Of a stretch of DNA of 64,000 bases, positions 48,237 to 61,450 are shown piece after piece (position 1 is the first letter of the stretch; each line of letters begins with the position of its first letter). Source of the stretch: Bolinopsis microptera (taxonomy: Eukaryota). The translations under genes were made by a program, and so were the position numbers. The stretch spans positions 10,202,636 to 10,266,635 of the forward strand of contig NC_087073.1 in the NCBI RefSeq assembly GCF_026151205.1, written 5' to 3'. Below the pieces are notes generated by a model, which saw only the letters and a program-made list of their open reading frames with translations, had not been told where the DNA came from and did no database searches.

Positions 48237-49123
48237 TGGTTCTAGTGACCCTGTTCTCAATTAAACTAGGGTTAAGTCCCACCCTGGTCGTTGTAACCCA
48301 CCCTTTCATAAATTCTTGGAACTCATTTCTTGGAACAGAGCCAAGTCACGTGGCCTGTACCCACACAAGTGCCCAAGTTAGCGGGAAACTTAATATGTAA
48401 GCTCATTGAGCCTACTTCCGTTTAAAACACAACCCTCTTAATGTAGGGCCCTCCGGTGGATTGGTATATAACTGTGTATATAATACAGTTTAATTAAGTT
48501 CAAATGTTACTGTAATTCGTGTTGTTAAGAAGTCCGCTAGTTTGCTGTCAAGTACTCTCAGTATTTAACAAGATTCCAGAGATAGTTATCTACTCCTGGA
48601 CAGTGTTGTAAAGGTGTTGTTATTTGTTGAGTAGTATTTCCTTGGTTTCTCTCCCATCTGTACAATGTAATACAATGTTCATTGATTCATTTGTAATCGT
48701 AGATCTCGGCTCGTACAGGCTTCCCTTCGTCCAATTTCACTTAATGATGTTAATGGAAAATGTCCAGCTAGTTTCCTAATTAAATGTAAATGCGTCTTGG
48801 CAGGCTGTTGGGTTATTCTGCGTACATTATTTTCCTTCTGTATAATTGTATATGAATTTGTGTGCATTGTTAATATTACAGTTGGGTTGTGATTACTTGC
48901 CAAGCGTTTGGTTTTTGTTTACATTCCTTTGGGCTGACGTAGTGCGATCTAATACTTATGACTTTATCATTAGCTTGCTTAAATGCATCAACTATTCATC
49001 ATTAGTCATTACTTCCTCATTACTGTCAAGTACATTGTCCCAACTTTCTGTAGCGCAATATTCTGAGTGGTTTATCAGATGTTAACTATTACATTATATC
49101 ATTTATATCTGCTCATTATTGAT

Positions 49124-49380
49124 ACAAACTCTACAAACTCTACAAACTCTCCAAACTCTACAAACTCTACAAACTCTACAAACTCTACAAACTCTACAAA
49201 TTCTACAAACTCTACAAACTCTACAAACTCTACAAACTCTACAAACTCTACAAACTCTACGTACTCTACAAACTCTACGTACTCTACAAACTCTACAAAC
49301 TCTACAAACTCTACAAACTCTACAAACTCTACAAATTCTACAAACTCTACAAACTCTAAAAACTCTACAAACTCTACAAA
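49124..49380. repeat. 9-bp minisatellite (CTACAAACT)n, ~28 units with a few variants (ctacgtact, ctacaaatt)
   Basis: Direct reading. It produces the spurious [15 protein letters not shown] and LQTLQT ORFs. Confidence 0.95.
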
Positions 49381-49524
49381 GGACACCCTTTTTGAGGTGA
49401 GGAAAGTTACGGACTTGTTACATCTTCTTAGGGCCTATCGTGATATCATGGATCGCTTAGGTTCCACCAGGATCTAGTAGTCCTCATATAAATTCTGCGT
49501 CATCTTCTGTCTAATGGACGTCTA

Positions 49525-49577
49525 GTGGGCTCCCCCGTGTAGCGGCCTTCCCCGTGTAGCGGCCTTCCCCGTGGAGC
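49525..49577. repeat. 18-bp tandem repeat x3 (CCCCGTGTAGCGGCCTTC)
   Basis: Direct reading. Confidence 0.8.
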
Positions 49578-52500
49578 GGCCTCCCTTGTGATATTAAAGG
49601 TTTTGGAAAGGGCACCGCTATCCATGCTAGGCTCGTCTAGTACCAGCAACCAGCCATTCTTTAGGGTAAGAAGCCGGGTAACATAATATATAACACAAAA
49701 TAATTATAATTTATAGTAATTAAATACAAGTTATTACTTATTAAGGTTAACTTTATTACAATAGAGGTGCCCGTTATTCTAGTGCATACAGCTATGAAGG
49801 TCACTTAGCAGTTAAAACCATTTTTAACTGGTATTGGCAGTGGCGAGTTAGATTCAATATCATGTACACTTGTGTGTTTTCAACGGTAATAAGCATAATT
49901 TCTTGTTTTGGTCAGTGTAGTTTGCAAACATAAGTGTTTTACAGCTTCATTCAGCAGGCAATTATTATATTTCCAAACGTCTCATAATTATGCAGTCAAT
50001 CAATTATCGCTCGGCGACTACAACTGCCAGCCTATTTTAATGCAATTTAAATTGGTAATTGGAATTTCCCCCAATATCTTGATTCTTTTTCACGCTATCT
50101 CCAAATGGAAACATCTAGAATTCTAAATTTAGCTTTCCGTGAACTATTTTAGCTTTTAAATTGATACACAAATTCATAATCTATTCAGATCTCATTGTCC
50201 GGGTTATATAAAATCTGAGGTTTGTTTTATTTCATCGGTGGAAGTGGTTGCTACCGAAGTCAGTTGTTGTTGATTATTCTCAATACATGATCTATTATTA
50301 TACTGTTCAAGCAAGCTATGAACCGTTGATTAATGAAACAGCATATTTTGTATTGATTTCCATCCTTCTGTAAATGTTAGTCTGAACAAAACTGTGAAAT
50401 CTTCCGTCAGAACCCGAAATAATTAATCCATTATGTTGCACGCTCTCCAACTCTCCGCACTCGCAAGCTTCTAAATAAAAGTGACTGATAGTTGCACAGA
50501 GGATGAATGGTATGGAATAGGGAGGAGGGATACCATAGTGCTCCCAGTGCTGTAAAATACTGCAGTGTATTTCATATCAGTATTCCGGCGGATACACCAT
50601 GTGCAGTATATGTTATGAATTATATTAGCTTCCCTAAATATTAGATCCCAGTATTAAATGTTGTAGTCTACTCTGTACTTTTCGTCTGGGGTATTTATCG
50701 ACTGCATTTGTATTTTCTTGACGGTTTTTAAAATGGTCGCGCTGTTATCAACCCTTGCTGACGTTTGTTGACGTGATCGGTCGCCTTCAAGCAAGTGGTT
50801 TCTGCTTTGCACAGTTCATATAATATGACCGAGGGAGGGGCGTAATCGTGTTTCATCCGGAGATATAGATCATATAGAATATTGCATAACTTGTTACATT
50901 TAACGGTGATATTATATATTGGGCTGGTCCAGTCAAGATAATGTCTAGACTCACGTGTACAACTATTGAGTTTCTCAATCTAATAACGCTACTTTTGTAA
51001 CCAAATATGGCAATTTTTGGTTTTATTAACAATCCTGTCAGCTTGAAATGAGCCTCCTCATAACCCATCAGTATTAGCGCAAGAGTTTTGAAACATCCTG
51101 TATATAAAAATGTTGAAGGTAAATGGCTTTCATCTACGTGACGATTGTATTGTTTTAAGATGGTCAAAGTTAGGACGATTTTGCGAATTGTAACGTTTTT
51201 ATAGTGTTCTACTAAACTAACTGTACGTCTAGCTCTATTATTTTATAAAATAAATTGTCTAATATAAATATTAGATTTATATGTAGAAATATAGTACTAC
51301 TTTATTTCTGACTCGTCCCATCATCATTATTCCATATAAAGAACTCTTAGAATGAGTGCCAGTGTGGGGAAGGTGTGTAAACGCTTACAAAGTCTTATGG
51401 GACCCCGGGGAAACGCCCTCATTCGTTAATTGTCATTCCTACACAGTAAGCTCATCGTAACTGTCCTTATAGTGCTGTGTGATAATTGCAGCTAAGGAGG
51501 CTTCAGTTGAAAGTGTTGCAAGTTTGTATGTGTTTCCAGTGTTGTAAGGGGGTGAATGAAGTAGTTTTTGTGTTCATTAATTTCTGGAGAAAATCTAATT
51601 TCATTAAGTCCTGGCTAAATACTTCGACTGATGAATGAGATGGGCGATATGAGTATCTTAATATGCCACCTTGATTATTAAGTTGCAGGAGCACAGCTTG
51701 AACCGGTGGTGGTGTGACTTATTATATGTGAAATATAATTTATTATGATAAAAGGTGTTACTAGTAAGAGATCTGGGGTCAACACAATTATTGCATCATT
51801 ATTGTTCCGCTGAATCTTATTACTCGCCTTACTTTTGTTCTGTTAGTCCTAATTTCGGTCACTCAGAAAAATAGCGTCGTCTCGAAACCTGAAGTGGAAG
51901 TAAACAGGCGTTTACGTGGCAGTCAAGTGATAAATATATATCTGCTATACAGCAAGGCAGTTACCAAGTCGAGCCTATTAATCTTCACCCTATTTCCAAG
52001 AAATCGAAATCTTGCATTATCTTTTAAGATAGGACAGATTACTAAAATCGTATGTTTCCATCTTGATAAGTGATAACTGCATTAAGTTTTATTTGCGGAA
52101 CTCTTATATTCTATTATATTCCAGCTTCTTCCTCAACATTCACGCTCTACACTCCTACATTTAGCAGCACTTTAAAGCAGACCTTTACTTTGATAGGGAG
52201 TTTAGTTTGTCTAGTTTAAATAGCGTTATCATACTCTTATAGAGTATGATACAGGGAGGGCCAAAAGTCAGTACCCATACGTTGGGTTTCTTATACCTCC
52301 GCCGTGTTTTATATTTGAGAGTTGTTGCTTTGCAGATGGCATACTGTACATACTTGTTCAAGGATTCCGTCGCCAAAATTTGAAAATTCGAATATTTTAG
52401 ACCACGCCCATTCAATATTAAAACACCTATATTGTTCTCTCTGAACATGCTGGACGCCTAAGTTTTTTAGAAACGGTAGATTATTAAATGTTGTATCTGA

Positions 52501-53702
52501 TCTAAAAAAAATGGTGTGAAACGGAGTAGAAATGACGAAGTTATCAAGCATTTTGTGTATCTCGTTAGCAAAATTGCTAACGCTGCAATTTATTGTTCAG
52601 ACGTCAATCAGAGGAAGTCATTTGAGCTGGTTCATTTCATCAAGAGCTTAGTCCTCAATAGTTTAGTCCCAAAATAGTTTATCAAACGGTCTCATGAGGC
52701 TGTCCAGTGTCCGTTACTTTTGTCAAAACACGAAGTTTCTCTGACAAGTTCCATCTTTCTGGTTCCTCATTTAGTGAGATTAGTTGACATTATATCAGAT
52801 GCACGAATACAGAAAACTAATTCGCAGAAGATGTGATCATAAAAACCAGATCCTTATCTAACTAGATGTAATGAAGTTTTCTAACTGGACCGTGCAATAC
52901 CCACGGAGCGATTAACAGTCTAAATTAACCACAGTAACGCTGCGTGATGCCAGGCAGAGTGTAGTCTTTAGTGAGATGCGTGTAATATAGCTCAGTGAGT
53001 CTTTGATTATTATATATTTTGTTGATCATGACCTGCTGTGCTTTCTCTCTCTTCCGGAGTCTTGGTTATAATATTATATGATTTGTGTTGCTGTTACTTC
53101 ATTCGAGATGGTGTTTTGGAATTCTGCTCTGCTGGCAGTTGTTAAGATAGCTTTTTCTTATTTTCGTGTATTATTTTATCGATATCAGTTATTGCTCTGC
53201 CGTTTTCTGACAAAATTGCCGTAAGACCATTTTTAAAATTCTGAATTCTTAAACTCAAACTTCTTTTTTTGGTGACGAAATATTCCTGGAAACGATCAGA
53301 AACGATCAGAACCAATCGCTGGCCCCTAGAAACCCTCGTTTAAAATCGCTTAAAATGCAAAAATGTATTATAAAATATAAATGTGTCAAAAGTGCTTGAA
53401 AACCTCGGATTTTTGAGTGGTCTTCAAGCACCTTTGTCAGAAAACGGCAGTGCTGCCGTTTGGATTTGTGTTCCATTCTGTATTGAATATCCCAACTTGT
53501 AGTAGCTTGAAAATTCGTATTTTTCTTAGAAATAAGGAAATTACAGTATTGTGTCGGATTACTCTCGACCGGACCGCACCGCTAACCTTCACACAGTCAT
53601 AATACTCTACTAACATTATTATTATCTCACCTCTAAAATCATTTTTTGGAGCACACGTCGCTAGTAAAGTAAGGAATGTAAGTAGCCTGTCTCCAAGAAA
53701 CC

Positions 53703-53800
53703 CTCACATTGTCTCCAAGAAAATCGCATGTTGTCTCAAAGAAAATCGCATGTTGTCTCCAAGAAAATCGCATGTTGTCTCCAAGAAAATCGCATGTTGT
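53703..53800. repeat. 22-bp minisatellite x~4.5 (TTGTCTCCAAGAAAATCGCATG)
   Basis: Direct reading. It produces ORFs 53709-53969 and 53728-53964. Confidence 0.85.
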
Positions 53801-56800
53801 CTCCACAAGTACGTTGTCCTCAAAAACAACGTACGTTGTCTCCTATGATCCAGGTTGTAACCGGAGCTGTCTTTGTCCTGTGCACCAGCTGGTGCACACG
53901 CTCAGTGAGTCACTTGTTACTGGTCAGCAGAGACTGGTTATTGAGAGAGTTGTTAGTAAACTAGTATAGTCATGTGAACTGTACTTATTGTCCTGATATT
54001 GAGTGGGTAACGCTGCCCTTCTCAGCCTCTTGTAACCTCACATCAGCCTCTTATAATCTCTGGGTACAAATAAGCCAGAAATGGAGATTGCCTGTTACTG
54101 GTAGATTAGCTGTCAACCTCTGACCAACCAACGAAAACGATTTTAACGGTCAACATAAATGGATTGAATTTGCAAATTGATCATGTCGAGACTGGCATCA
54201 AGTTTTAATTTTGATTTTATCATCTTGTCAAACTTTAATCTAATAATAATAAGATATTCATATGTAATACGTTTAGTTTGACTGTCAAACGAGTTAACTG
54301 TAGCCATGTGCGGCTTCTTCTGTTAATAGATGCGACGTTATTATGTGTTTTTGTACTCTGCTCTAATACACTTTCTAGGGGACACTACACCAGCTTATTA
54401 TAGTGGATTTTACTTGTGTTTAATCTACAAGTTTTACTCTATTTTATCCGACCTCTAGCTCTGTCTGTTGCTTCGTCGTTTTGGAACTTAGTTTGATTGT
54501 CAAATTGAATGAGCCTTTGTTTATGTTACATCATAAATCATTTGTCATACTAATCGCACCGTAGCACGTGTTTGGGGAAGTGTAGAATGTAGCCGCGCGT
54601 TCCATTGCACGTGGACGATGTGGTACAATGAGATCTCACTCTCACGATTCGCTGTACGGTCACCGACGTAGACGTTCCAGCACTGTTAGCTTCAAGTCCC
54701 TCAATAAGATACCCGGCGATGGAAAACCAGGTATTATAAACTAACAAATCAGGGATTTAGACGTGTCATTAGCGGGTTATTACTTTTGGTTTTGGTTTTA
54801 AAGCGGGTCAACGAGATTATATTATAAATGTGTAATTAATAATCCATGGGATTACAAAATTCGTATGTGACGTTCATAAAATTATGTTTATGGGATTTAC
54901 AATCCACATGGCACATGCAACTGATATTGATATCATGGTAACAATCATAACCATGATATTGATAAATGATATGGTAGTTAGTAGATCTTTATATCCAATA
55001 CATTCAGCTGATCTGTTAAAAGTAAGCGTAAGATTTAAAACATGTGGTGACGGCACCTCAGGTAAACGAACTGTGCAGTGTGCATCTTTAAACAAATCTA
55101 GATTACTGCGATATTGTCTGGGTGTTTGAGTTGTCTTGAGTTCGTTTGTTTGAAATATTTGAAATATTTGTGGTTGGATCTCTTTCCAATCCTCACGGAA
55201 AGCATTAGTATTGTAATTTTAGAGTTGTCACCAAGATACCGTGTATTATAGCCCTTCAAGTGTTAGTTAGTTAGTTACACAATACATTACAGCATTAAAA
55301 CTGACATACAATGACCAAAACATATGGCACCCCACTGTTATACATGTTATAAAATACGCTTTTAAGTAAACTTCCTAGCTCAGTAAGGTCGAACATCAAC
55401 CCTAACAAACGAGCAGTGTATATTCAGTTAGGAGGGTAAATTAAAAAAATTGTATATATTAATAAATGTGTTATAATAAATTATATATTATAATAAATAT
55501 ATTGTTGGCAAAATGTCAGGTACGTGGTCAATATCAAACTGAAAATCACGAACGGATTAACCAATCACAAAATAACTTGTATATAAAATATATGCACCCT
55601 GTGAAATGTATAATTAGATTACCACGGGTTGTGAATGTTAACTGCGGATAACCCAAGACGACATGAAATTTAACACAGTACGAGGCTCGGTTATCTCTCG
55701 AACTCGATTTTGATAATTTGAAGTTAAACTTTATCTACTTCAAGTTCCTCTTTATTTTCAATCAGCTCATCCAGACTTCAAATCCAATTTACTCTCGAGT
55801 CTGATAAGAAAATGAAGCTAACAGTAATTTTGAGTAGATCATAAATTGGCACTTAGACAGAACCAGACAAAATTAACAAGTCACTGACATGAAGTTTAAT
55901 TAGCATTAAATTTACCGCAATCAAGAAGATATTGTCCTTTTTAAAATTTGCGTCTCCCTTAATTTTATAGTCAATCGTCCAACAAAATTGGTTACTTTAT
56001 CATCTCTTATCAAATTAGGGGTCCCCCACTCCAAAGGACCAAAGATTAACATAAATTTATGATAAAATACAACGAGGTATCAAATTCCAAGTCTCCAGAA
56101 GGCATGATATAATATTAAGGATTAAGAAACCCTCACTTCTCTGGCTCCTCGTTCTCGATGTTCCATTTCCCATATTTCTGAATATTCATTGTGTTACCTC
56201 CTCCGAGAAATTTTGTTTACTTGTTTGTGTTTGATGTGTTGAAAGACTGTTATTCGGCTTGTGAAATGAAATGTATGTTATACGATGGTGTCATTTTGGA
56301 GGAATTTTCTGATTATTGGAATTATACAGACCTGTCAGGTAATTTGGGTAGATCATTTACATAATCTAGTAAGAGCGGGTGCTTAAAAACACTATGTACT
56401 ACTTTAAAATACCTACCAACTTTAAAATTTGGTAACAGGTCATTGGTTCTGGACAAAAGATTAATGCAAATAAAGTTCTGTGAAATTTAAATTCACTCCT
56501 CTATTGTATACAGCGCCCCTGTACTATGCACACTTCATATTTCACTACCACCAGTGTACATTGTACCTCATTTGTTTAGTCTTCTTAGTCTTATATAGGA
56601 TCTAATATGATTCACACTGAGCCGTATGCTGCTTTACATTACATCGCCCCAAATGCGTACGTGATTATGTTTAGCGTCCGGTACTTTGGATTACATCAGT
56701 AAATTACAAACAAATAGAACTTGAAGGTTGTTTTCAAACTGCATTGTATCTAGTTTCACAATGATCCTATCTCTTGACTCACCATATTTCTTACTCAATT

Positions 56801-57034
56801 TAAAAAAAAGTTTTATTTCACATTTCTTTAATCATAAATTGAATAGGAGCGTAGACCACGATTTATTCAACTAAGAATGAACTTTAGGAATATAATGTTC
56901 TGTGGTAATTATATAATAAAATATGAGTATTCACATTATGGCAAGTAGTTGATTTTAATGGAACTGAATCAGTTTCCCTAACTCTTGTGTCACAGTAGTT
57001 ACTATGTCTCATCTTAACACTCTTTGTTTCAGGT

Positions 57035-57124
57035 ATGGAGGGAGGAGAGGCGCCCTCAGTAGCAGATTACTTTGTGGTAGCGGGATTAGACGACTCTGTC
57101 ACACTTCTTCAGCCCCCCGAATAT
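57035..57124 (+). CDS. DENND4: DENND4-like gene, first coding exon (start of the MABP domain)
   Basis: ctttgtttcag|gt ATG; MEGGEAPSVADYFVVAGLDDSVTLLQPPEY |gttagt. The N-terminus resembles vertebrate DENND4 (..TDYFVVAGL..). Confidence 0.55.
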
Positions 57125-57315
57125 GTTAGTCCCATTGTTTGAGAGAATATGTCACTCACAAAACTTTTGCCAGATTAGAGAGAAAGCACCGATATTGAAA
57201 ATGTTGCTGGAATGTATTTTGTATACGCAAATAACCGTAAAAGCTGTCAGATGTCATGATATTTCCCTCTCAAATAACTGTCTGGCTTAAATTAACATTC
57301 CATTTTCTCCCCCAG

Positions 57316-57509
57316 GGTGACATACCACCGATAGTCGATCTAAAAATAGTGCTACCCCTCGAAAATGAGCTGTGTCCTGAAGGGTGGGAATATGTCACAC
57401 CCTCTCACGCACTTTACCCTGCTAACTTGAACTGGGTCAACCCTGCTCAACTTCCTGTTTATCTGATCTGCAGGAGAGGATATGATCTGAAACCTATATG
57501 TGAACTAGA
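57316..57509 (+). CDS. DENND4: DENND4-like exon (MABP)
   Basis: cccccag|ggt ... GDIPPIVDLKIVLPLENELCPEGWEYVTPSHALYPANLNWVNPAQLPVYLICRRGYDLKPICEL |gtgagt. Confidence 0.55.
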
Positions 57510-57649
57510 GTGAGTAGAACTTAAAGTTTACATTTTCTTACAATGTTTTCTAATGTATATCGGTGACTTTCCTGCTTTAAAAAAATTAATTCTGTGATAA
57601 GTTAGTGGATATTTTATTGGTTAAACATCTGACCCAATTTGTCTCCCAG

Positions 57650-57854
57650 AGTTCAATTCATCGAGCGGAAAGACAGAGTGAAGCAAGGGTTCGATTATAT
57701 CAAAACCTCGATAGGCGGAAAACCTGTGTCGCTGAATGGGCACGTGTCACGACCAAACAAACACGTGTACCTGGGGTATACACGAGCCATAACCAACTCC
57801 TTCACTGATGGCATTACTGTAATACACCATACCACAAGCAAGAGAGATGACAGT
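57650..57854 (+). CDS. DENND4: DENND4-like exon (MABP)
   Basis: tctcccag|a ... EVQFIERKDRVKQGFDYIKTSIGGKPVSLNGHVSRPNKHVYLGYTRAITNSFTDGITVIHHTTSKRDDS |gtaagt. Confidence 0.55.
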
Positions 57855-58328
57855 GTAAGTGGTTCACACTTATTTGCGGACAATGTGTGCAGGGGAATAC
57901 CTCTTACACTTGGTTATATCTCTTACTTCTGGCCTTGAACTAATGATAGGATCTGCAAAGATTCAAGAGAGCATATGTTTACTTTTGCGTTTATGTAACG
58001 CGCGGCTACGTTTTCATGATGCAACTTTTGCTCTTTTCGCGCTGTTTTTGACGCGCGTTTCATAGATTGCTGGCGCGCTAGTAAATTTCATGTGTTTTTG
58101 TTTACCGACCCAATTGTGTTGAAGATGGGAATTAATGAACTTGCCAACTTGTTTGATGACTTGTGAGGTCATACTTGATGGCTCTTCTGAACAATTAGAA
58201 GCTACGATGATCAGATTCTTTAATTGTGTTCGGGTTCCTTGCGTCCGCGAACTGTTGAGTTCAAAGTTGGTAACCATGGAAAATTAACAAATAAACAAAC
58301 TTTATTTGAACACACGTTCCTTTTTCAG

Positions 58329-58450
58329 AGACAGGGTTTCAAAAGCATTCGATTACACAAAAGCACGTTTGGTGGGGATACTTTCATCTCCTACAAACTA
58401 ACGAAATTCTACGCTGTCACGGGAATTTTCAAAGAATCATTATTGGACAG
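58329..58450 (+). CDS. DENND4: DENND4-like exon
   Basis: tttttcag|aga ... RQGFKSIRLHKSTFGGDTFISYKLTKFYAVTGIFKESLLD |gtaaaa. Confidence 0.5.
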
Positions 58451-58595
58451 GTAAAATATTTAAATTCTCTGATCACCAAGAAATCATCATACATCTTAAA
58501 CACATCTTGTACACTTGAAAATAGTTCGGCTCTTGAAATTTTTTTTCACATAAATCAGTCAAGCATAGTACGAGTTTTCATGTATTCTTATCCAG

Positions 58596-58755
58596 GCATC
58601 CGAAAGCTAACAACCCCACATTTCCTCTGGACGAAAAGAACTCGCCAGCTTTTTGTTTACCAATGGGAGTACAAGTGGAGTGGTTTCGCAATAGAGATCA
58701 GAAACCAGCACCACAGTACTCCTCATTTGTGTTGACTAATGAGAAGGGGCACAAG
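58596..58755 (+). CDS. DENND4: DENND4-like exon (uDENN)
   Basis: tatccag|g ... RHPKANNPTFPLDEKNSPAFCLPMGVQVEWFRNRDQKPAPQYSSFVLTNEKGHK |gttcgt. Confidence 0.55.
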
Positions 58756-58852
58756 GTTCGTCATTATCTTCCTTATTATCCGCGGTCATTTATTTAAAAA
58801 TCAGACTGGTGCAGGGTCGAAAATACGCTTAGTGATCGATCACATATTATGA

Positions 58853-58965
58853 CCTACCTTACTCGGGAATATTATAGCGGGTTAATTTATGACTGGGAAA
58901 ATTAATAACCGGGAAAAATATGGCGGACTTTCCCAAAATCCGCCAAATTATCCCGGTCATGTATT
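58853..58965 (-). mobile_element. copy of the TACCTTACTCGGG MITE (intronic)
   Basis: taccttactcgggaatattatagcgggttaatttatgactgggaaaattaataaccgggaaaaatatggcgga... matches the rc of 25866-25992. Confidence 0.45.
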
Positions 58966-59151
58966 TACCGGTGGCCGACCTTTCAAGTTTTTTTTCAGGT
59001 CAACAAATTTTCAACCGAAATTTCTGTTTTTGTTACTTGTTAAAGAAGTTATTTCATTTTACAGTTACTGATATTACTCAGAAATAGAAAAAAAGACACG
59101 TCTAGTATTTAAAGGAAAATAAATCTATAGCAATAATAAGTCAAATCTTCA

Positions 59152-59520
59152 TTAAAGCGTATTCTCATTCTCATTATCGCTAATGTCCCCTCCATTATCA
59201 TTATTGATATCCCCCTGCTGCTGACTGTCAAATTCGAAGTTGTATTGTTGTCTTAACAAGACTTTCATTTTGTCCGCTAATGGGGCTACTGCTCTGAAGG
59301 TCAGCCGGAGCTTAATTTCCTGCCCACCGCTTGGTATTGGGGAACGTCTTGGCTTTGCATCTTCAACTGCTCCAGTAATCAATCCACCGTGGACCATGAA
59401 ATAGTGGCACAGTTTACTCACTTCATGGGCAAGAAAAGTGAGAATCACGGTCCACCCTGAAATCTGATTTCTATAACCAAATTGTGATTTGTATAACGAA
59501 ATTATGGTAGCAACCGCCAA
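59152..59520 (-). CDS. 122-aa antisense ORF inside the DENND4 intron; unidentified, with an acidic C-terminal tail
   Basis: ORF track: MAVATIISLYKSQFGYRNQISGWTVILTFLAHEVSKLCHYFMVHGGLITGAVEDAKPRRSPIPSGGQEIKLRLTFRAVAPLADKMKVLLRQQYNFEFDSQQQGDINNDNGGDISDNENENTL. The composition is not low-complexity. I recognise no family. Confidence 0.2.
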   Translation of the reverse strand: MAVATIISLYKSQFGYRNQISGWTVILTFLAHEVSKLCHYFMVHGGLITGAVEDAKPRRSPIPSGGQEIKLRLTFRAVAPLADKMKVLLRQQYNFEFDSQQQGDINNDNGGDISDNENENTL

Positions 59521-59616
59521 TAAAGTTACAGCCCTCCATCCACTGCTTCAAAAGTCTTCTCTAGCACATATGAGACTTCAGGTAAAATATGATGATCACC
59601 ACCCCCTTGGAACCCC

Positions 59617-59731
59617 ATAATCTGAGTCGGCGGGTTTTTTTATGACTGGTAAAATTTTTGACCGGGAAAATCATGGCGGAATCTTCCAAAACCCACCACT
59701 TTATCCCGGTTATAATAATCCCGAGTAAGGT
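59617..59731 (-). mobile_element. copy of the TACCTTACTCGGG MITE (intronic; 5' TIR degenerate)
   Basis: ...atggcggaatcttccaaaacccaccactttatcccggttataataatcccgagtaaggta. Confidence 0.45.
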
Positions 59732-59878
59732 AAACAGGAAACATCTTTGTGGAAATTTTAGACCCCATTTCCTCCGTCAGCTATTTTATTCATATTTAGC
59801 AATTCTATAATTATTATCGTAAGCAATTTGATACATCCCATGACAATTTTTACTGACTTTTAACATTTACTTCTTCAG

Positions 59879-60225
59879 ATGTATGGTTCTGCACTCACAT
59901 TTTACGAACTTTTCATCGGCACTGAAAAGATCCAATCCTTATCAGAAAACTATCCCAAAGACCCTGACCTATTCCCATATGCAACCAAAAGTATTTGCAT
60001 CCTGTCTCGATGGCCTTCATTTTTTGAAACGTTTCAAAAATGGTTGACAGAGTTATACGAGATTTCAATATCAGGATTAGCGCTGACCATCCCAATTGAG
60101 CGGATGATATCTAACATGCTGTTTGATGTACCGTTCCCTACCCTTACCAAACCTACAGTATCCCTCTCTATTGGGGATAAGACTATACCATTCGAACAAC
60201 CACTCACTACTCAAATACCAACCAG
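59879..60225 (+). CDS. DENND4: DENND4-like exon (uDENN / cDENN)
   Basis: ttcttcag|atg ... MYGSALTFYELFIGTEKIQSLSENYPKDPDLFPYATKSICILSRWPSFFETFQKWLTELYEISISGLALTIPIERMISNMLFDVPFPTLTKPTVSLSIGDKTIPFEQPLTTQIPT |gtatta. Confidence 0.65.
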
Positions 60226-60422
60226 GTATTATTTATTTTCAATTCTAAGACAGTATACTGTTCTAGATTTCCCTCTAATAATTATAACCATTTGTACAGA
60301 AATATCATATCTTTTGAAAACTCCAAATGACTTCTGGCTTCCGGCCTTGTCTTTTTCTATTGACTCTTCCAAAAATTACATATCCCCACTATTTAAACCA
60401 TTAAAAAAATATCTTGTTTCAG

Positions 60423-60678
60423 CGGTGGCACAGTGAAAACGCTACTAGAATGTCTTGAACCAAATCACCTGTTGCAAGTCTTCTTCCAGCTCCTTCTTGA
60501 AGAAAATGTCCTGTTCATTTCATCGTCCTCACTAAATCTGACAGCGACGGCTGAGGCATTTTGTTCACTACTTTACCCCTTCAAGTGGATGTCCCCGTAC
60601 ATTCCTCTTCTTCCCCGGCTTATTGGAGAGAGTTGTTTGCAGACTTTGAGTTGGACTGTCCGGTACCCTTCATCATTG
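60423..60678 (+). CDS. DENND4: DENND4-like exon (cDENN core) with an internal +2/-1 frameshift near 60625-60640
   Basis: SGGTVKTLLECLEPNHLLQVFFQLLLEENVLFISSSSLNLTATAEAFCSLLYPFKWMSPYIPLLPRLIGE is in frame 1, then ELFADFELDCPVPFIIG is in frame 0. Both halves carry canonical DENN motifs (PFxWxxxYIPLLP and PVPFIIG). Donor cattg|gtaaat. Confidence 0.55.
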
Positions 60679-60808
60679 GTAAATGTTATCCCCATGTTGT
60701 AGGATTACCTAATTTTCCTGATTTCATACCGTTCTTTCTTCTCTTCTCTGAAATTATGTCTTAATCACAACAATTGGAGTTTGTAGTCTTCATATTGTCA
60801 CTCCTCAG

Positions 60809-60997
60809 GAATGAAGCGGGACTTTCTGGATATGTACCACTGTCCGGACCGAGTGACACAGGTGAACCTTGATCACAACACGGTCAGACTGCCCTCACGA
60901 TACATCAACCCAGCTGATTACCTCCCAAAACACGTGATTAACAACCTGAAGAACAGTCTCACTAGTATCTACAATATGTGTGACACCAATAGCAACG
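60809..60997 (+). CDS. DENND4: DENND4-like exon
   Basis: ctcctcag|ga ... GMKRDFLDMYHCPDRVTQVNLDHNTVRLPSRYINPADYLPKHVINNLKNSLTSIYNMCDTNSN |gtgagt. Confidence 0.5.
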
Positions 60998-61133
60998 GTG
61001 AGTGTTTGGTTGGGGATCTGGTATTCAAAATTGAATTGCATCCAAGTTACACAAAGGTTTTGTCATATAATGTGAGTTACGCCTTTACGAACTAAATCAT
61101 AATCAAGACTTCCCCTCACTCTTATTATTTCAG

Positions 61134-61327
61134 TTCGGACGAGAGCAGTCGAGCTGCAAGTTCAAGAGACATTCCTAAAATTCCAAGCAACTCTACTTAA
61201 AGGCTACACGGACTTTCTTCTTCCAGTTTTAGAGTCAAAAGACAAAAACTTCTGTAACGCTGAAAATCTATTTGATATCGAAAAGTTTATAGCTTCAAGG
61301 GAAGAGATTCAAAGGCCTTTCTATAAG
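61134..61327 (+). CDS. DENND4: DENND4-like exon (dDENN)
   Basis: tttcag|tt ... VRTRAVELQVQETFLKFQATLLKGYTDFLLPVLESKDKNFCNAENLFDIEKFIASREEIQRPFYK |gtatga. Confidence 0.5.
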
Positions 61328-61450
61328 GTATGATTATTTTGTTACTTTGTTTTACTTATTTCTCAGTAGACCGCAAAAGAACTATTTATCAAAATTATTT
61401 GAAATAATCTATTACTGTCATTATCCCTTAAATACAATCATTCATTTCAG

